NCBI RefSeq assembly: GCF_001194135.2 | Contig: NC_068982.1 | Coordinates: 11,493,043 to 11,557,042 of the forward strand | Origin: Octopus bimaculoides | Taxonomy: Eukaryota | Length of the DNA stretch: 64,000 nt | Direction of reading: 5' to 3' | In this document: positions 1-10,543 of the stretch, piece after piece | Layout: each line of letters starts with the position of its first letter | Position numbering within the stretch: the stretch's first letter is position 1 | Translations under genes and position numbers: made by a program | The notes under the pieces: model-generated | What the model saw: the letters and a program-made list of their open reading frames with translations, nothing else | Database searches by the model: none | What the model was told of the DNA's origin: nothing

Positions 1-59
1 AAAAGTAATTCAGTAAAGCAATAAATGTATAACCTCTCTCAATATAGAGACGTTTCTTA

Positions 60-285
60 TGGCACCAGCAAACAGAACGGAAAAGCTGTTGCTCCAAATG
101 AGGGAGATGTGCTGGAACAGTCACTCTGACTTGCAGATCTTGCTGCACGTAGACAACAGTCTCTGCCCTGATAGCAGTGAGCAGGGATATGGTCCAGAGA
201 CCAAGAATGCCAGAGGTCTCAACGGCCACAGGCTCAACCATAAACCTGTCAGAGAGCAACTGAGCTTTATTGCAGATGACATTCA
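60..285 (-). mobile_element. Degenerate 3' fragment of a CRE-like (restriction-like endonuclease) non-LTR retrotransposon
   Basis: The minus strand reads RFMVEPVAVETSGILG and, after a frameshift, E*LFQHISLI-WSNSFSVL. This matches the C-terminal PVAVETxGxxG...WLxQRISLAxxRGNAxSVL motif of CRE/NeSL-type RLE domains. Confidence 0.6.
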
Positions 286-1487
286 TAGAAGATAAAAACT
301 GAATTTTTTCTTTAAGACATCCATTACATTAATCCAATGGAAGTAAAATAATTTTTATCATTGATCAGTTTGTGCTTTTCTCTTGTGTTTGAGGAGCTAG
401 GACAACCCCCCCCCCCCCAAAAAAAAAAGAAAACACATCATTTACTATAGCTGTCCACATTTAAAGCTTTGATGCTTTTGATTGTTGACTTTTTTTTTTT
501 TTTTTTTGCAAACTATTGAACTTTTGCCTTCTCTAGAACAATGAATTTGATCATAAGGGAGTGGTAATAATTTTTCCTACAATTATTTTAATTTTATTAT
601 TATTATTTCAGGTTGTTGCTAATTTCATGTATTTTGTTCAGGAAAGCAATAAAAATTTTCTGGGATGGGAATAAGATTAATAATCATTCAGTTTGGGGCT
701 TTACACCAAGGCATTTTCTGTATTGGAAGGAAAACAATATCCTGATACTACCAGTAGTTTTGGAGGTGATTGAAATTATATCAATTTATATCATATCTAC
801 TGTTATATTATTATCAGATTCAAGCTATTTGTAGCTTTTGAAATTATTGATGACATTGTTTATTTTCCTATTGTATTGAATGAGAGCATATGTGACAGTT
901 ACCAACCTGAACTGCATATTTTTAGGTTTGTTGAGTTTTCTGTTTAATTGCTTTAATCCATTTTCTCTCTCACTGATTTTGACCTTGTTCTTAATGATTT
1001 CAAATAGTTTGATTGTTTGGTAGATGAGTCACATATCACTGCTTGCCTTTTCCTAACCACTCCTACCTGATTCTTTCCTGAGCAGAGAGAGATCTACTAC
1101 AGACCTATTGGTGGTAGCATTGAATTCAAAGACAATAGGGGGTCTGTTGAGAAAGATTTTTTTGCTACACTGAACTGCTCAATTGAACACATGGAACATA
1201 TTTAGCTGTATTATTAGGGGCTCAATGGTGATAAATCTGATAAAATTCATACAGTTAATGATTTAAGAATTCTTCAATAGTTTTTATTATTTCGTTTTTG
1301 GATTTGGTTTGCAAGATTTTTTATGTGATTTCGTGTGTTGAAGCATATTCTGTTGTGTCTGGGGAGAGTCATTTTCTTATTGTGCCTTAAAATTTAACAC
1401 ACTCACCGGTAAAATTTCCACTTATTTTTCTTTTTATTATTTCAGTTTCATTTTTCTGTGTAATTATTTTGTCTTGTGACAAAAATG

Positions 1488-1675
1488 AACTATTTCTTCC
1501 AGCCTGTTGCATTTGAGACATTTGGAGGGCTGGGCCGCTAATGATGAAGATCTTGTCATGGTTGGCAGATTGCTTTACTGTGGTGATGCCTGTGAGGGTG
1601 CTTGGCTGTTCCAATGCTTTAACCTTGCCATCACCTGTGGCAATGCCATGAGCATGTTGGCTTGCTTTCAGTAAG
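1488..1675 (+). mobile_element. Second degenerate CRE-like RLE 3' fragment
   Basis: The plus strand reads NYFFQPVAFETFGGLGR* and then EGAWLFQCFNLAITCGNAMSML, the same C-terminal RLE motif. Confidence 0.65.
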
Positions 1676-1802
1676 TTCTGTTGAACCAACCAGTTGAGGC
1701 ACTTGGTGTTAAATTGTTCTTTTTTTCCTTTTCTCTTTCTTTTTTTTTGTTTTTCTTTCTTTGTTCCTCTTTTTTCTCTTGGTTTTAGATTTATATTTTT
1801 AG

Positions 1803-2024
1803 CCCTTTTGCTACCATATTTCTGTTGAGATACTTTGTGTTTCTTTCAATTAATTTAAAATATAACAAAGAATTTAGTAAAATTACTTAGTTATCATTAA
1901 GCTGGTGTTAGGAACATAAACTGTGACTAAGGTTTGGTGAAAGATTTTAATTCAGAACTTATGAAAATAAGACATTTGTACTACAGAACCAGAGGCAGTT
2001 TGAAATGGGTTGGTATCAAAAGGG
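1803..2024. mobile_element. piggyBac-like MITE (222 bp)
   Basis: Left end (TTAG)CCCTTTTGCTACCA and right end TGGTATCAAAAGGG(TTAA) form terminal inverted repeats with a TTAA-type target. A related copy lies at 29193-29442. Confidence 0.7.
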
Positions 2025-2793
2025 TTAATGTGGTTTTGTATTATATATGTATCATATACATACATACATGCTATATTCCAATAAAGTACACTATTGGTTA
2101 ACTGAAAAAAAAAAAAAAAAGCAAAAATTAAAAAAAGTTTAGAGGATATTATGGAGACTTTCTGAAGAGAAATAAGTGAAAAATAATCAGATTGGCCACC
2201 CCATTTGGATACTCTTTTACTTGTTTCGGTCACTTGACTATAGACAGGCCTTGAAGGGTTTTAGTTGATAATATCAATGTCAGCACTAGCTTAATGTATG
2301 GAACTTATTCTAGCAATCTCTATCACACCTCTAAGTTGCAGAACATAAACAGACATTTCTTTTGTTTTCAAACGGTGTCAGTATAAAGAACATAACCCTA
2401 ACCAGATGCATATATATGTGTGTGCAGGCATCTACCTGCCTATCTATTTGTCCACACAAACACACACAAAGACTCTTTCTCTCTCTCTCTCTCTCTGTCT
2501 CTCTTCCTCTTCAAAGGAAATCCTGCACAATTTCTTTCTACTAACTTCACAGTGGACAGCACTTGCCCAGGATACCACACACTGAGACTGAACTCATGAT
2601 CACTTGACGGTGAAGTGAACTTCATTACCAAACAGCCATGCCTGAGCCATCTTCACTGTCAAATATGTTAGTCATAGGAATATTATCTATTTATCATTCA
2701 AAAATATAATAATTTTGTTATTGTCATATCATTAAACTAGTCATGTAATTTTATTTTTTATAAAAAAGAAAAAAAGGGTTCTATATATATATA

Positions 2794-3009
2794 TGAGGGG
2801 TACTGAAAAGTTCTTGCTTTAAGGGTGTCATGAAAAGTCTGGTTGGAGGCCCAACTTTCCAAGTTCTTCTACAGGGCTTAGAAAAACTGAAGGACCACTG
2901 CAATAAGTGTGTGAATGTGAAAAAGAGAATATTTTGCATAAAATCCTAATTACCTGATTCTCCTGTATTTTCTTTCACCCAAAGCCAGGAACTTTTCAAC
3001 ATTCCTTCG
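2794..3009 (+). mobile_element. Mariner-derived MITE
   Basis: TA-flanked TIRs TGAGGGGTACTGAAAAGTTC / GAACTTTTCAACATTCCTTCG. The interior keeps the transposase C-terminus GLEKLKDHCNKCV. Confidence 0.8.
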
Positions 3010-4024
3010 TATATGTATATATCTAACCGATGAAATGTTGGCTTCTTCTATATTCTTGGCTAATGTCTCAACAGAAAGTCAAAAGCAACTCATAAACTCA
3101 CTTTCTCAATGACCTGTCTGGAGCAAAGCTAACATTGTTCTTAAATTTGGCCAATTTTTGATTTCCTGGTGCATTATCATACACTTTGAATAAACAAACT
3201 CGAACTAAATTCTTGGGTTACAAATTTGGAACTGTGAGTAACAAAGCAGAGTATTGTTAATTATGTAGTTTAATGTTCTATTACTGACGTTTATTGTCAT
3301 AAAACAAAACTATTTCAATTAAATTTTTTCGTTTTATTTTTTTCTAATTATATGTCACTAAATTCATTTCATTAAAATCAATGTTATCAAAAAATGTACA
3401 AACATAAGTTTTATCATTTCCAGAACATATTCAAATAAGTAATTATGAAATAAGAATTAAACTGGAGTATTAGTCAGAGATAAACATGATTTGTCTTTAT
3501 ATCTAATAGGCTATTTGATATTTTTTTTAATTTAGTTTTGAAAACAGCTTCATAGTATTGTTATTTTTTAACCAGAGCTTTAACAATTTACAAGCAAAAA
3601 TTAAGTTGTAGTTGCCTACAGATATATTAATTTTAGAAAGAATTCAGTGCAAAGTAGTTATATTCACCGCACATGTTTATTGGTATGTCATATAATTTGT
3701 GAAGTCAGATAAATAGTGTGAAGGAAATATAAACAAATACAACAGCAAATTGAACAAGTAATTCTTTGTCAAATATTGAAAGAAACATAGAACTTGTGGA
3801 AATAAATATATAAATGGCTGCTGAATGTTAATAAAAACAAATTACAAAAAAAAACCCCATGCTTCTGAGAACAAGATTATGGAAGATTAAATTAACTTCA
3901 TTGATAACTTAAAATTACAAAATAGAATATTTATGGAATTTTGGAAAATTGAATGTCTTATTGATCGATTGATGTTGATGATGTATTTATAATGTACTGC
4001 TTTTTCTCTGTTAGTCTATCTTAA

Positions 4025-4340
4025 CCCATAAAGCGCTGGGATTTGCACTTACATAGCATAGACTGCTGAGCACATTTTATGAAAATGAAACTACTATGCA
4101 CACATGAAAAGCAAAAAAATAGTTAAAATATCTTCTTAGTATATAATGGTGGCAAGTTTTACATCATCTGAAAAGTCATTAGTTGAACTATTAGTCCTCC
4201 TGCATTCTGGGGGGTATCGAAGCGTTTGAGTGACATTAGACCCCTAACAAACAGCCACAAATTAAATGCATCTATCTGGGCCACGATCGTGGCCCGTCGA
4301 CCTGTGACGGTCACAACCATGGCCCGTTGCGCTTAATGTG
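4025..4340. mobile_element. piggyBac-like MITE (316 bp)
   Basis: TTAA at 4021-4024 and 4341-4344. The ends CCCATAAAGCGC and GCGCTTAATGTG are imperfect TIRs. An 18-bp subterminal palindrome lies at 4278-4295. Confidence 0.65.
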
Positions 4341-4779
4341 TTAATAGTGGTGTCAGAGTACTGTTCTTAACATGTTATCTCAGCTTGAGGAAATGAAATT
4401 CTAGGTCTGTGTGTGCGTGTGTGTATGTGTTTGTTTCTTTTTAAAGTATGAAATTTCCCAAAGTGTATCCTATATTTTGTGAGCATAATTTTTCATGTAT
4501 CTTTCCCCATGACCAAAGCTAGCTTATACTTATGTAAGATGGAACGAGATTCTTAGACGATGATTGGAATAAGTAAGTTAAGAAAGACGGGAACTAAAGC
4601 ATTGATCGTTTTAAGGATCAACACTTTCTTTAAAGCTTATTACTCATTTATTGGCATATTTCTCACAAGTAATAACACTAAACACCATTGTTGTGTATTT
4701 GGATTGCAATAATTAATATTGGAAATTAGATTCAAAAGAATGGAATTCCTTCAGTTCCCTGATATTTTCAGGTTGAGAT

Positions 4780-5030
4780 TTTGACAGCCTGGATGCTCTA
4801 TTAGAAAGAGATGAAATCTGTTACTCCATGAAAGAATAATGTTCAATAGAGATGTGAGAAGTTTAAGGAAACTACTTCTTTCTATTGGTAACAGAATCTG
4901 TCTCTCTTTCAAATGTAAAGCAGAGTCTATGCAGTGCATGAGACATGAGTCATGCCACGTGACAACATAGAGTTGTGAATGCTGAGGGTTTGCAGTGATT
5001 TGTGAGAACAACTTAGATGTGCTGTGATAT
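4780..5030 (+). mobile_element. Highly degenerate RTE LINE reverse-transcriptase C-terminal fragment
   Basis: Aligns by eye with the cleaner RTE piece at 13991-14218 (aagtttaaggaactacttc...gcagagtctatgcagtgcatg versus aagtttagagagctcttaccc...ggcagactgtatgacgcatgc). Confidence 0.5.
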
Positions 5031-5141
5031 TTTGTGCTTTTGAAGCAGTTACTCTGTGATTTAAAATGTATAGGAAAAAAACTCTATTATGAACTTGTCA
5101 TGTTGATGTTAATCCAAAAATAACTTGTCATAATAAAAACA

Positions 5142-7118
5142 TTGGTTTCAAATTTTTGCACAAAGCCAGCAATCTTTTATGGAAATGCTGCAAATCAATT
5201 GCATCAACCCCAGTGCATAACTAGTACTTGTTTTTATCAGCCATGAAAAGTGAAGTCAACCGTGACAGCACTTGAATGTAATGAGTCAGGAGAAATGCTG
5301 CAAAGCATTTCATCTGGTATTTTCGTTTTTTTTTTGTTTCACTCATTTGACTGTGGCCATGCTGGAGCACTGCCTTTAGTTGAACAAATCGACCCCAAGA
5401 CTTATTTTTTGTAAACCCTAGTACTTATTCTATCGATCTCCTTTGCTGAACCGCTAAGTTACGGAGATGTAAACACACCAGCATCGGTTGTCAAGCGATG
5501 GTGTGGTGGTGGGGGACAGAAAGACAAACATACATGCAAGTGCACACACACACACACACACACACATGATGGGTTTCTTTCAGTTTCCGTCTACCAAATC
5601 CACTCACAAGGCTTTAGTCAGCCCGAGGCTATAGTAGAAGACACTTACCCAGGGTACCACACAGTGGAACTGAAACCAGAACCATATGGTTTTTAAGCAA
5701 GCTACTTACCACACAGCTACACCCCTAATAACAATAATGATAATAATAATCCTTTCTACTATAGGCACAAGGCCTGAAATTTTGGGGGAGGGGGCTAGTC
5801 AATAACAGCGACCATAGTATGCAACTGGTACTTATGTTATTGATCCTGAAAGAATGAAAGGCAAAGTTAGTCTCGGTGGAGTTTGATCTCAAAACGTAAA
5901 GACAGACAAAATGCCACCAAGTATTTTGTCTAGCAAGCATTTTGTCCAGCATGCTAACGATTTGATCAGCTAACTCTATTAATAATAATAATCCTTTCTA
6001 GTATAGGCACAAGGCCCGAAATTTTGGAGGAAGGGGGGCCAGTCAATTGGATTGACCTCAGTATGCAACTGGTGCTTAATTTATTGACTCCAAAAGGATG
6101 AAAGACAAAGTTTGACCTTGGTGGAATTTGAACTCAGAATGTAGCGATGGGCAAAATACCACTCAGCATTTTGTCCAGCATGCTAATGATTCTGCCAACT
6201 TGCTACCTTAATAATAATAATAATAATAATGATAATAATAATAATAATAATAATAGTAATAATAATAATAATAATCTGCTCTACAATAGGCACAAAGCCT
6301 GAAATTTTTGGGAAGGTAGCTTGGTGATTACATTGACTCTAATGCTCAACTGGTACTTATTTATCTACCATGAAATGATGACAGGTAAAGTTGACCTTGG
6401 CAGTATTTGAACTCAGAATGTAAAGCTTGTAGAAATGCCATAAAGCATTTTGTTTGGTGTGCTAATGATTCTGGCAGCTTGCCACCTTCCTAATAGTAAT
6501 AATAATGTGGAGGTGCAATGGCCTAGTGGTTAGAGCAGTGGACTCACAGTCATAGGATCGCGGTTTTGATTCCCAGACTGGGCATTGTGGGTGTTTATTG
6601 AGCAAAAAAAACCACCTAAAGCTCCATGAAGCTCTGGCAGTGGGTGGCGGCGAACCTGGCTGTATTCTTTCACCACAACTTTCTCTCACTCTTTCTTCCT
6701 GTTTCTGTTGTACCTGTATTTCAAAGGGCCAGCCTTGTCACACTCTGTGTCATGCTGAATCTCCCCAAGAACTACGTTAAGGGTACACGTGTCTGTGGAG
6801 TGCTCAGTCACTAGCACAATAATTTCAGGAGCAGGGTGTTCTGTTGATCGGACCAACTTGGAACCCTCATTGTCGTAACTGACAGAGTGCCACAACAAAT
6901 AATAATAATAATAATGATAGTTTCAAATTCTGGCACATGGCCAGCAATTTCAGGTGAGAGGGTAAGTTGATTACATTGACCCCAGTGATTAACTCATGTT
7001 TATTTTACCAACCCCAAAAGGATGAAACACGAAGTTGACCTTGGCAGAATTTGAACTCAGAAGTTGACTGATGAAATTGCTCTAAACATGCTACTGATTC
7101 TGCCAGTTCATCACCTTC

Positions 7119-7152
<34 letters not shown>
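5142..7152 (-). mobile_element. SINE cluster in an (AAT)n tract: five family-A copies (~5142-5320, 5745-5965, 5988-6210, 6275-6490, 6915-7118) and one family-B copy (~5330-5722)
   Basis: Repeated body gatgaaaggcaaagttgacc..ggaatttgaactcagaa and tail cctttctactataggcacaaggcctgaaattt, separated by (AAT)n runs. The family-B copy contains an internal (CA)n. Confidence 0.9.
6508..6893 (+). mobile_element. tRNA-derived SINE, family D (full length)
   Basis: Head with box A TGGCCTAGTGG and a box B-like GGTTTTGATTCC. The body matches the minus-strand copy at 22114-22412 and ends in (AAT)n. Confidence 0.85.
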
Positions 7153-7153
<1 letters not shown>

Positions 7154-8034
7154 TTGTTAACTGGTCCAAATGATGTGGAGGCTTAGTTCTTATAATTAGT
7201 TACACTAATACAGTTGTTTTGCAGTTCTAGAAAGTATCACCTAGGAACACATGCACATATGTGGGTATGGCAGAGGTTAATCTTAACCTGCATTGGGTCT
7301 TAGAGAACATTTATGACTGCCATTGGAGGATTTGAACCAAGCACTGCAAGCTTACGAAACATAAATTTTATAGTTTAGCTCTTTTTAACTCAAAGCAATT
7401 GACTTCATCTCCCCTCTGTATCTGTCTAGATCTTTGTGTAGTTGGCCACTGAAAGTGAAATGACCATAGACATTCAGCAATTTAGCTAACCATGCAGGCA
7501 CATGCATACAATCACACAAACATGACATGAAATATCAATAAGTATAGACAGAAATAGACACAACACTTCAAAAAATGTATAATTTTAAGTTAAAATACAG
7601 TAAAATATTGGCAAAAGATCTGAGACCCTTTATAATACTAACTCAAAAAAATAAAATTCTTTATATTCAAGTTAATTTCTAAACTTATTTAACTCAATAT
7701 ATATCTTGTGGTTTCTACTAGTATCTTAGATTTTCTTTATTCATGAAGTATTGATTTTTTTCAACAAATCTGCATGAGTAGATTATTTGAAAATAGTTAT
7801 TTTTGAAACATATTCTGCTTATTGTAGTTAATATATTCAAAAGCTATATAGTACAACTAATATTCTTTTGCTTTTGGCAAATGAATACATGCAAGCATAT
7901 TGATATTAGAATAAACCCTTTTAAACTTCCTAATTCAATTGTACAAAATATAATGAATGAGAAACGAAGGTAGAACCATAAATATTTGTGTTTGATGGTC
8001 TGATTATATTTTTGTTGAGTTCTATTATTTCTTT

Positions 8035-8315
8035 TTGTGAGAAGACCTGCCCACCATAACAGAATTGATATCCTAAAACCAAGGTGCCATGTAAATGGCA
8101 CTGGCGCTGGTGCTATGTAAAAACCACTGGTGCTGGTGCCATGTAAAAAAGCACCCAGTACACTCTATAAAGTGGTTGGGTTTAGGAAGGGCATCCAGCT
8201 GTAGAAACCAAGCCAAAACAGACTATGAAACTGTGTGGGCCCTGGCCTTGCCAGTCCCAATCAAACCATCCAACCCATGCCAGCATGGAAAACAGACATT
8301 AAATGATAATGATGT
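8035..8315 (+). mobile_element. RTE LINE 3' end/3' UTR
   Basis: Contains the ggaagggcatccagctgtagaaac...aacccatgccagcatggaaaacagacattaaatgat(gat)n tail, shared with 9052-9235, 53885-54265, 55100-55305 and 59778-60045. The copy at 54130-54265 still encodes the RTE C-terminus. Confidence 0.8.
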
Positions 8316-9051
8316 AAGCATACTGAAATATCTTAAATATTTACTGAGCTGTTTATGTCTAAAGCTGTTTCTATGGAGTGCTCCAGAAAGAATATTAATT
8401 TACTCTTTATATTATTAAATCAGTGTTTAAAACAAATGACTTGAAACATATTAAAACAAGTTTTATACTGTAACTATAATTTGGATCAACATCTGGATAT
8501 TTGATTATAATATTGTCCTTAAATTAACTGGATGTATGGTTAAGTAGTTTGTTTTGCAACTGTATGGTTTGGGGTTCAATCCCTCTGTACAATATCTAAG
8601 GTAAATGTCATCAACCATAGGCTTGGATTGACTTGTGTCATGTGAGTGGATGTTGGTGGATGGAAGCTGTGCTGAAGCCTGTTGTGTACTTACGTGTATA
8701 TGTATCTATGTATCTTCTGCAATGTATATTAGTAAAATATGTGAATGATGAGAAAACTGTAAAACGAATTGTTTAGAATAAAGAGAAATAATTTGTTTGG
8801 TATTTGTTCCACCTGAGTTTAACATGTAATTCCTGTTGGTCTCACTGTCAGAAATGCAGTGAACCAGTGATTGACCCATTGACACAAAAGTGTCAATCAG
8901 TCAATACTGATGCATTATAAAATACTTGAGTGAAATGTTTAATATATCGGTTGAGTAGAAAATCAAAAATTGATATGATCTGCTACATAAAACTTAGATT
9001 GGTTTTGAATAGCAAACCTTGTAAGGTATTCTGTGATATCCTGTCTTTTTA

Positions 9052-9235
9052 GTGCATCATCATCATCATCATCACCATCATCATTAAACCTCCATTTTCC
9101 ATGCTGGTATGGGTTGGACAGTTTGACAGGGGGTGGCTAGGCAGAAGACTATACCAGGCTTCACTGTCTGTTTTGGCAAGGTTTTTATGGCTGGATGCCC
9201 TTTTTAACACCAACCACCTTACAGAGTGGGTTAAC
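9052..9235 (-). mobile_element. RTE LINE 3' end
   Basis: Reverse complement of the same tail, with (CAT)n at its 3' end. Confidence 0.8.
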
Positions 9236-9596
9236 ATTTCCTATGTGCTCTTTTTTTATGACAGTAGAGTGTGATTTGAGGATATTTGGCTGCTATATTT
9301 ATCATTTTAAGCAATGTTTGGTTTATTTAATGCTAGACTATTTTTTTTACATTATGAATTACATTCATAGTAATGGAAAACCGATAACTTTAAAATCATT
9401 ATACTTGACAATTTCTGTCCTTCAATATTGTCCAATCTAATAAGAAAGTGACATTGTTTATTGATGATGATGAATGCATTTTGTTACTTTCTATAAATTA
9501 ATGATGATAATGTCAGTAAAAAAAAAAAAAGTTTCCCTCAGAATTTCATTAATAAAGATTATTTTTATAATTATTTCTTTCTCTCCATCCACTTAC

Positions 9597-9799
9597 TTAT
9601 GCAAGATGAAATTCTTGATGGGAAATGCATTATGATGCAATGAAAAGTTTAATTTCTTTTCAGTCATTTTTAAAGGGACAGGATAACTAATTACACGGGA
9701 GGTTTCTTCTAGAGAACTTATCAGTTGTATATTTAAGCTTAAATATAACGGGTTGCAGGACAGGTTCAACCAAACTCTGACTTTAGTTGTCATAGAAGA
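9597..9799 (-). CDS. Candidate internal coding exon of an unidentified gene (203 nt)
   Basis: Acceptor ttttttgttctttttaatcag and donor AA|GTAAGT. One frame is open (SSMTTKVRVWLNLSCNPLYL...NAFPIKNFILH) and closes just past the donor. No homology is recognised and no partner exon was found. Confidence 0.2.
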
Positions 9800-9897
9800 C
9801 TGATTAAAAAGAACAAAAAATGTGATTAATGAAATAGAGCTTTAATCTGTATCTATCTATTCTTCGTTACTACTTTTTTAAAAATTAATTATCCAAT

Positions 9898-10543
9898 GAA
9901 GGCGGTGAGCTGGCAGAATCGTTAGCACGCCAGGTGAAATGCTTAGCAGTATTTCATCTGTCGCTACGTTCTGAGTTCAAACTCTGCTGAGGTTGACTTT
10001 GCCTTTCATCCTTTTGGGGGTGATTAAATAAGTACCAGTTATGCACTGGGGTTGATGTAACTGACTTAATCTCTTTTGCCAAATTTGAGGCCTTGTGCTT
10101 CCTGTAGAAAGAATTATTAATTATCCAATTAAGGCGGCGAGCTGGCAGAATCATTAGCAACTGGATGAAATGCTTAGTGGTATTTCTTCTGTCTTTACGT
10201 TCTGAGTTCAAATTCTGCCGAGGTTGATTTTCAATAAATTAAGTACCAGTTGAACACTGGGATCAATCTAATCAACTATCCCCCTCCCCCAAATTTCAGG
10301 CTTTGTGCTACAGTAGGAAGGGTTAGTAATTATCCAATGAAGGCGGTGAGCTGGCAGAATTGTTAGCATGCCAGGCAAAATGCTTAGTGGCATTTTGTTC
10401 ATCTTTGCAACTGGAGTTCAAGTTCCACTGAGGTTGACTTTATCTTTCATCCTTACGGGGTTGATAAAATAAGAACCAGTTGAGGTAAATTGACTTACCC
10501 CTCCCCCAGAAATGCAGACCTTGTGCTAAAATTTGATACCAAT
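9898..10543 (+). mobile_element. Three tandem family-A SINEs (9898-10115, 10130-10324, 10339-10543)
   Basis: Each begins aaggcgg(t/c)gagctggcagaat. The copies are separated and flanked by ATTAATTATCCAAT-like 14-mers. Confidence 0.9.

Noticed and set aside
6508-6580. tRNA gene (also ~18232-18300, ~19780-19852 and ~58040-58110)
   Set aside because: Box A/B-like motifs are present, but there is no complete cloverleaf or acceptor stem. These are SINE heads.
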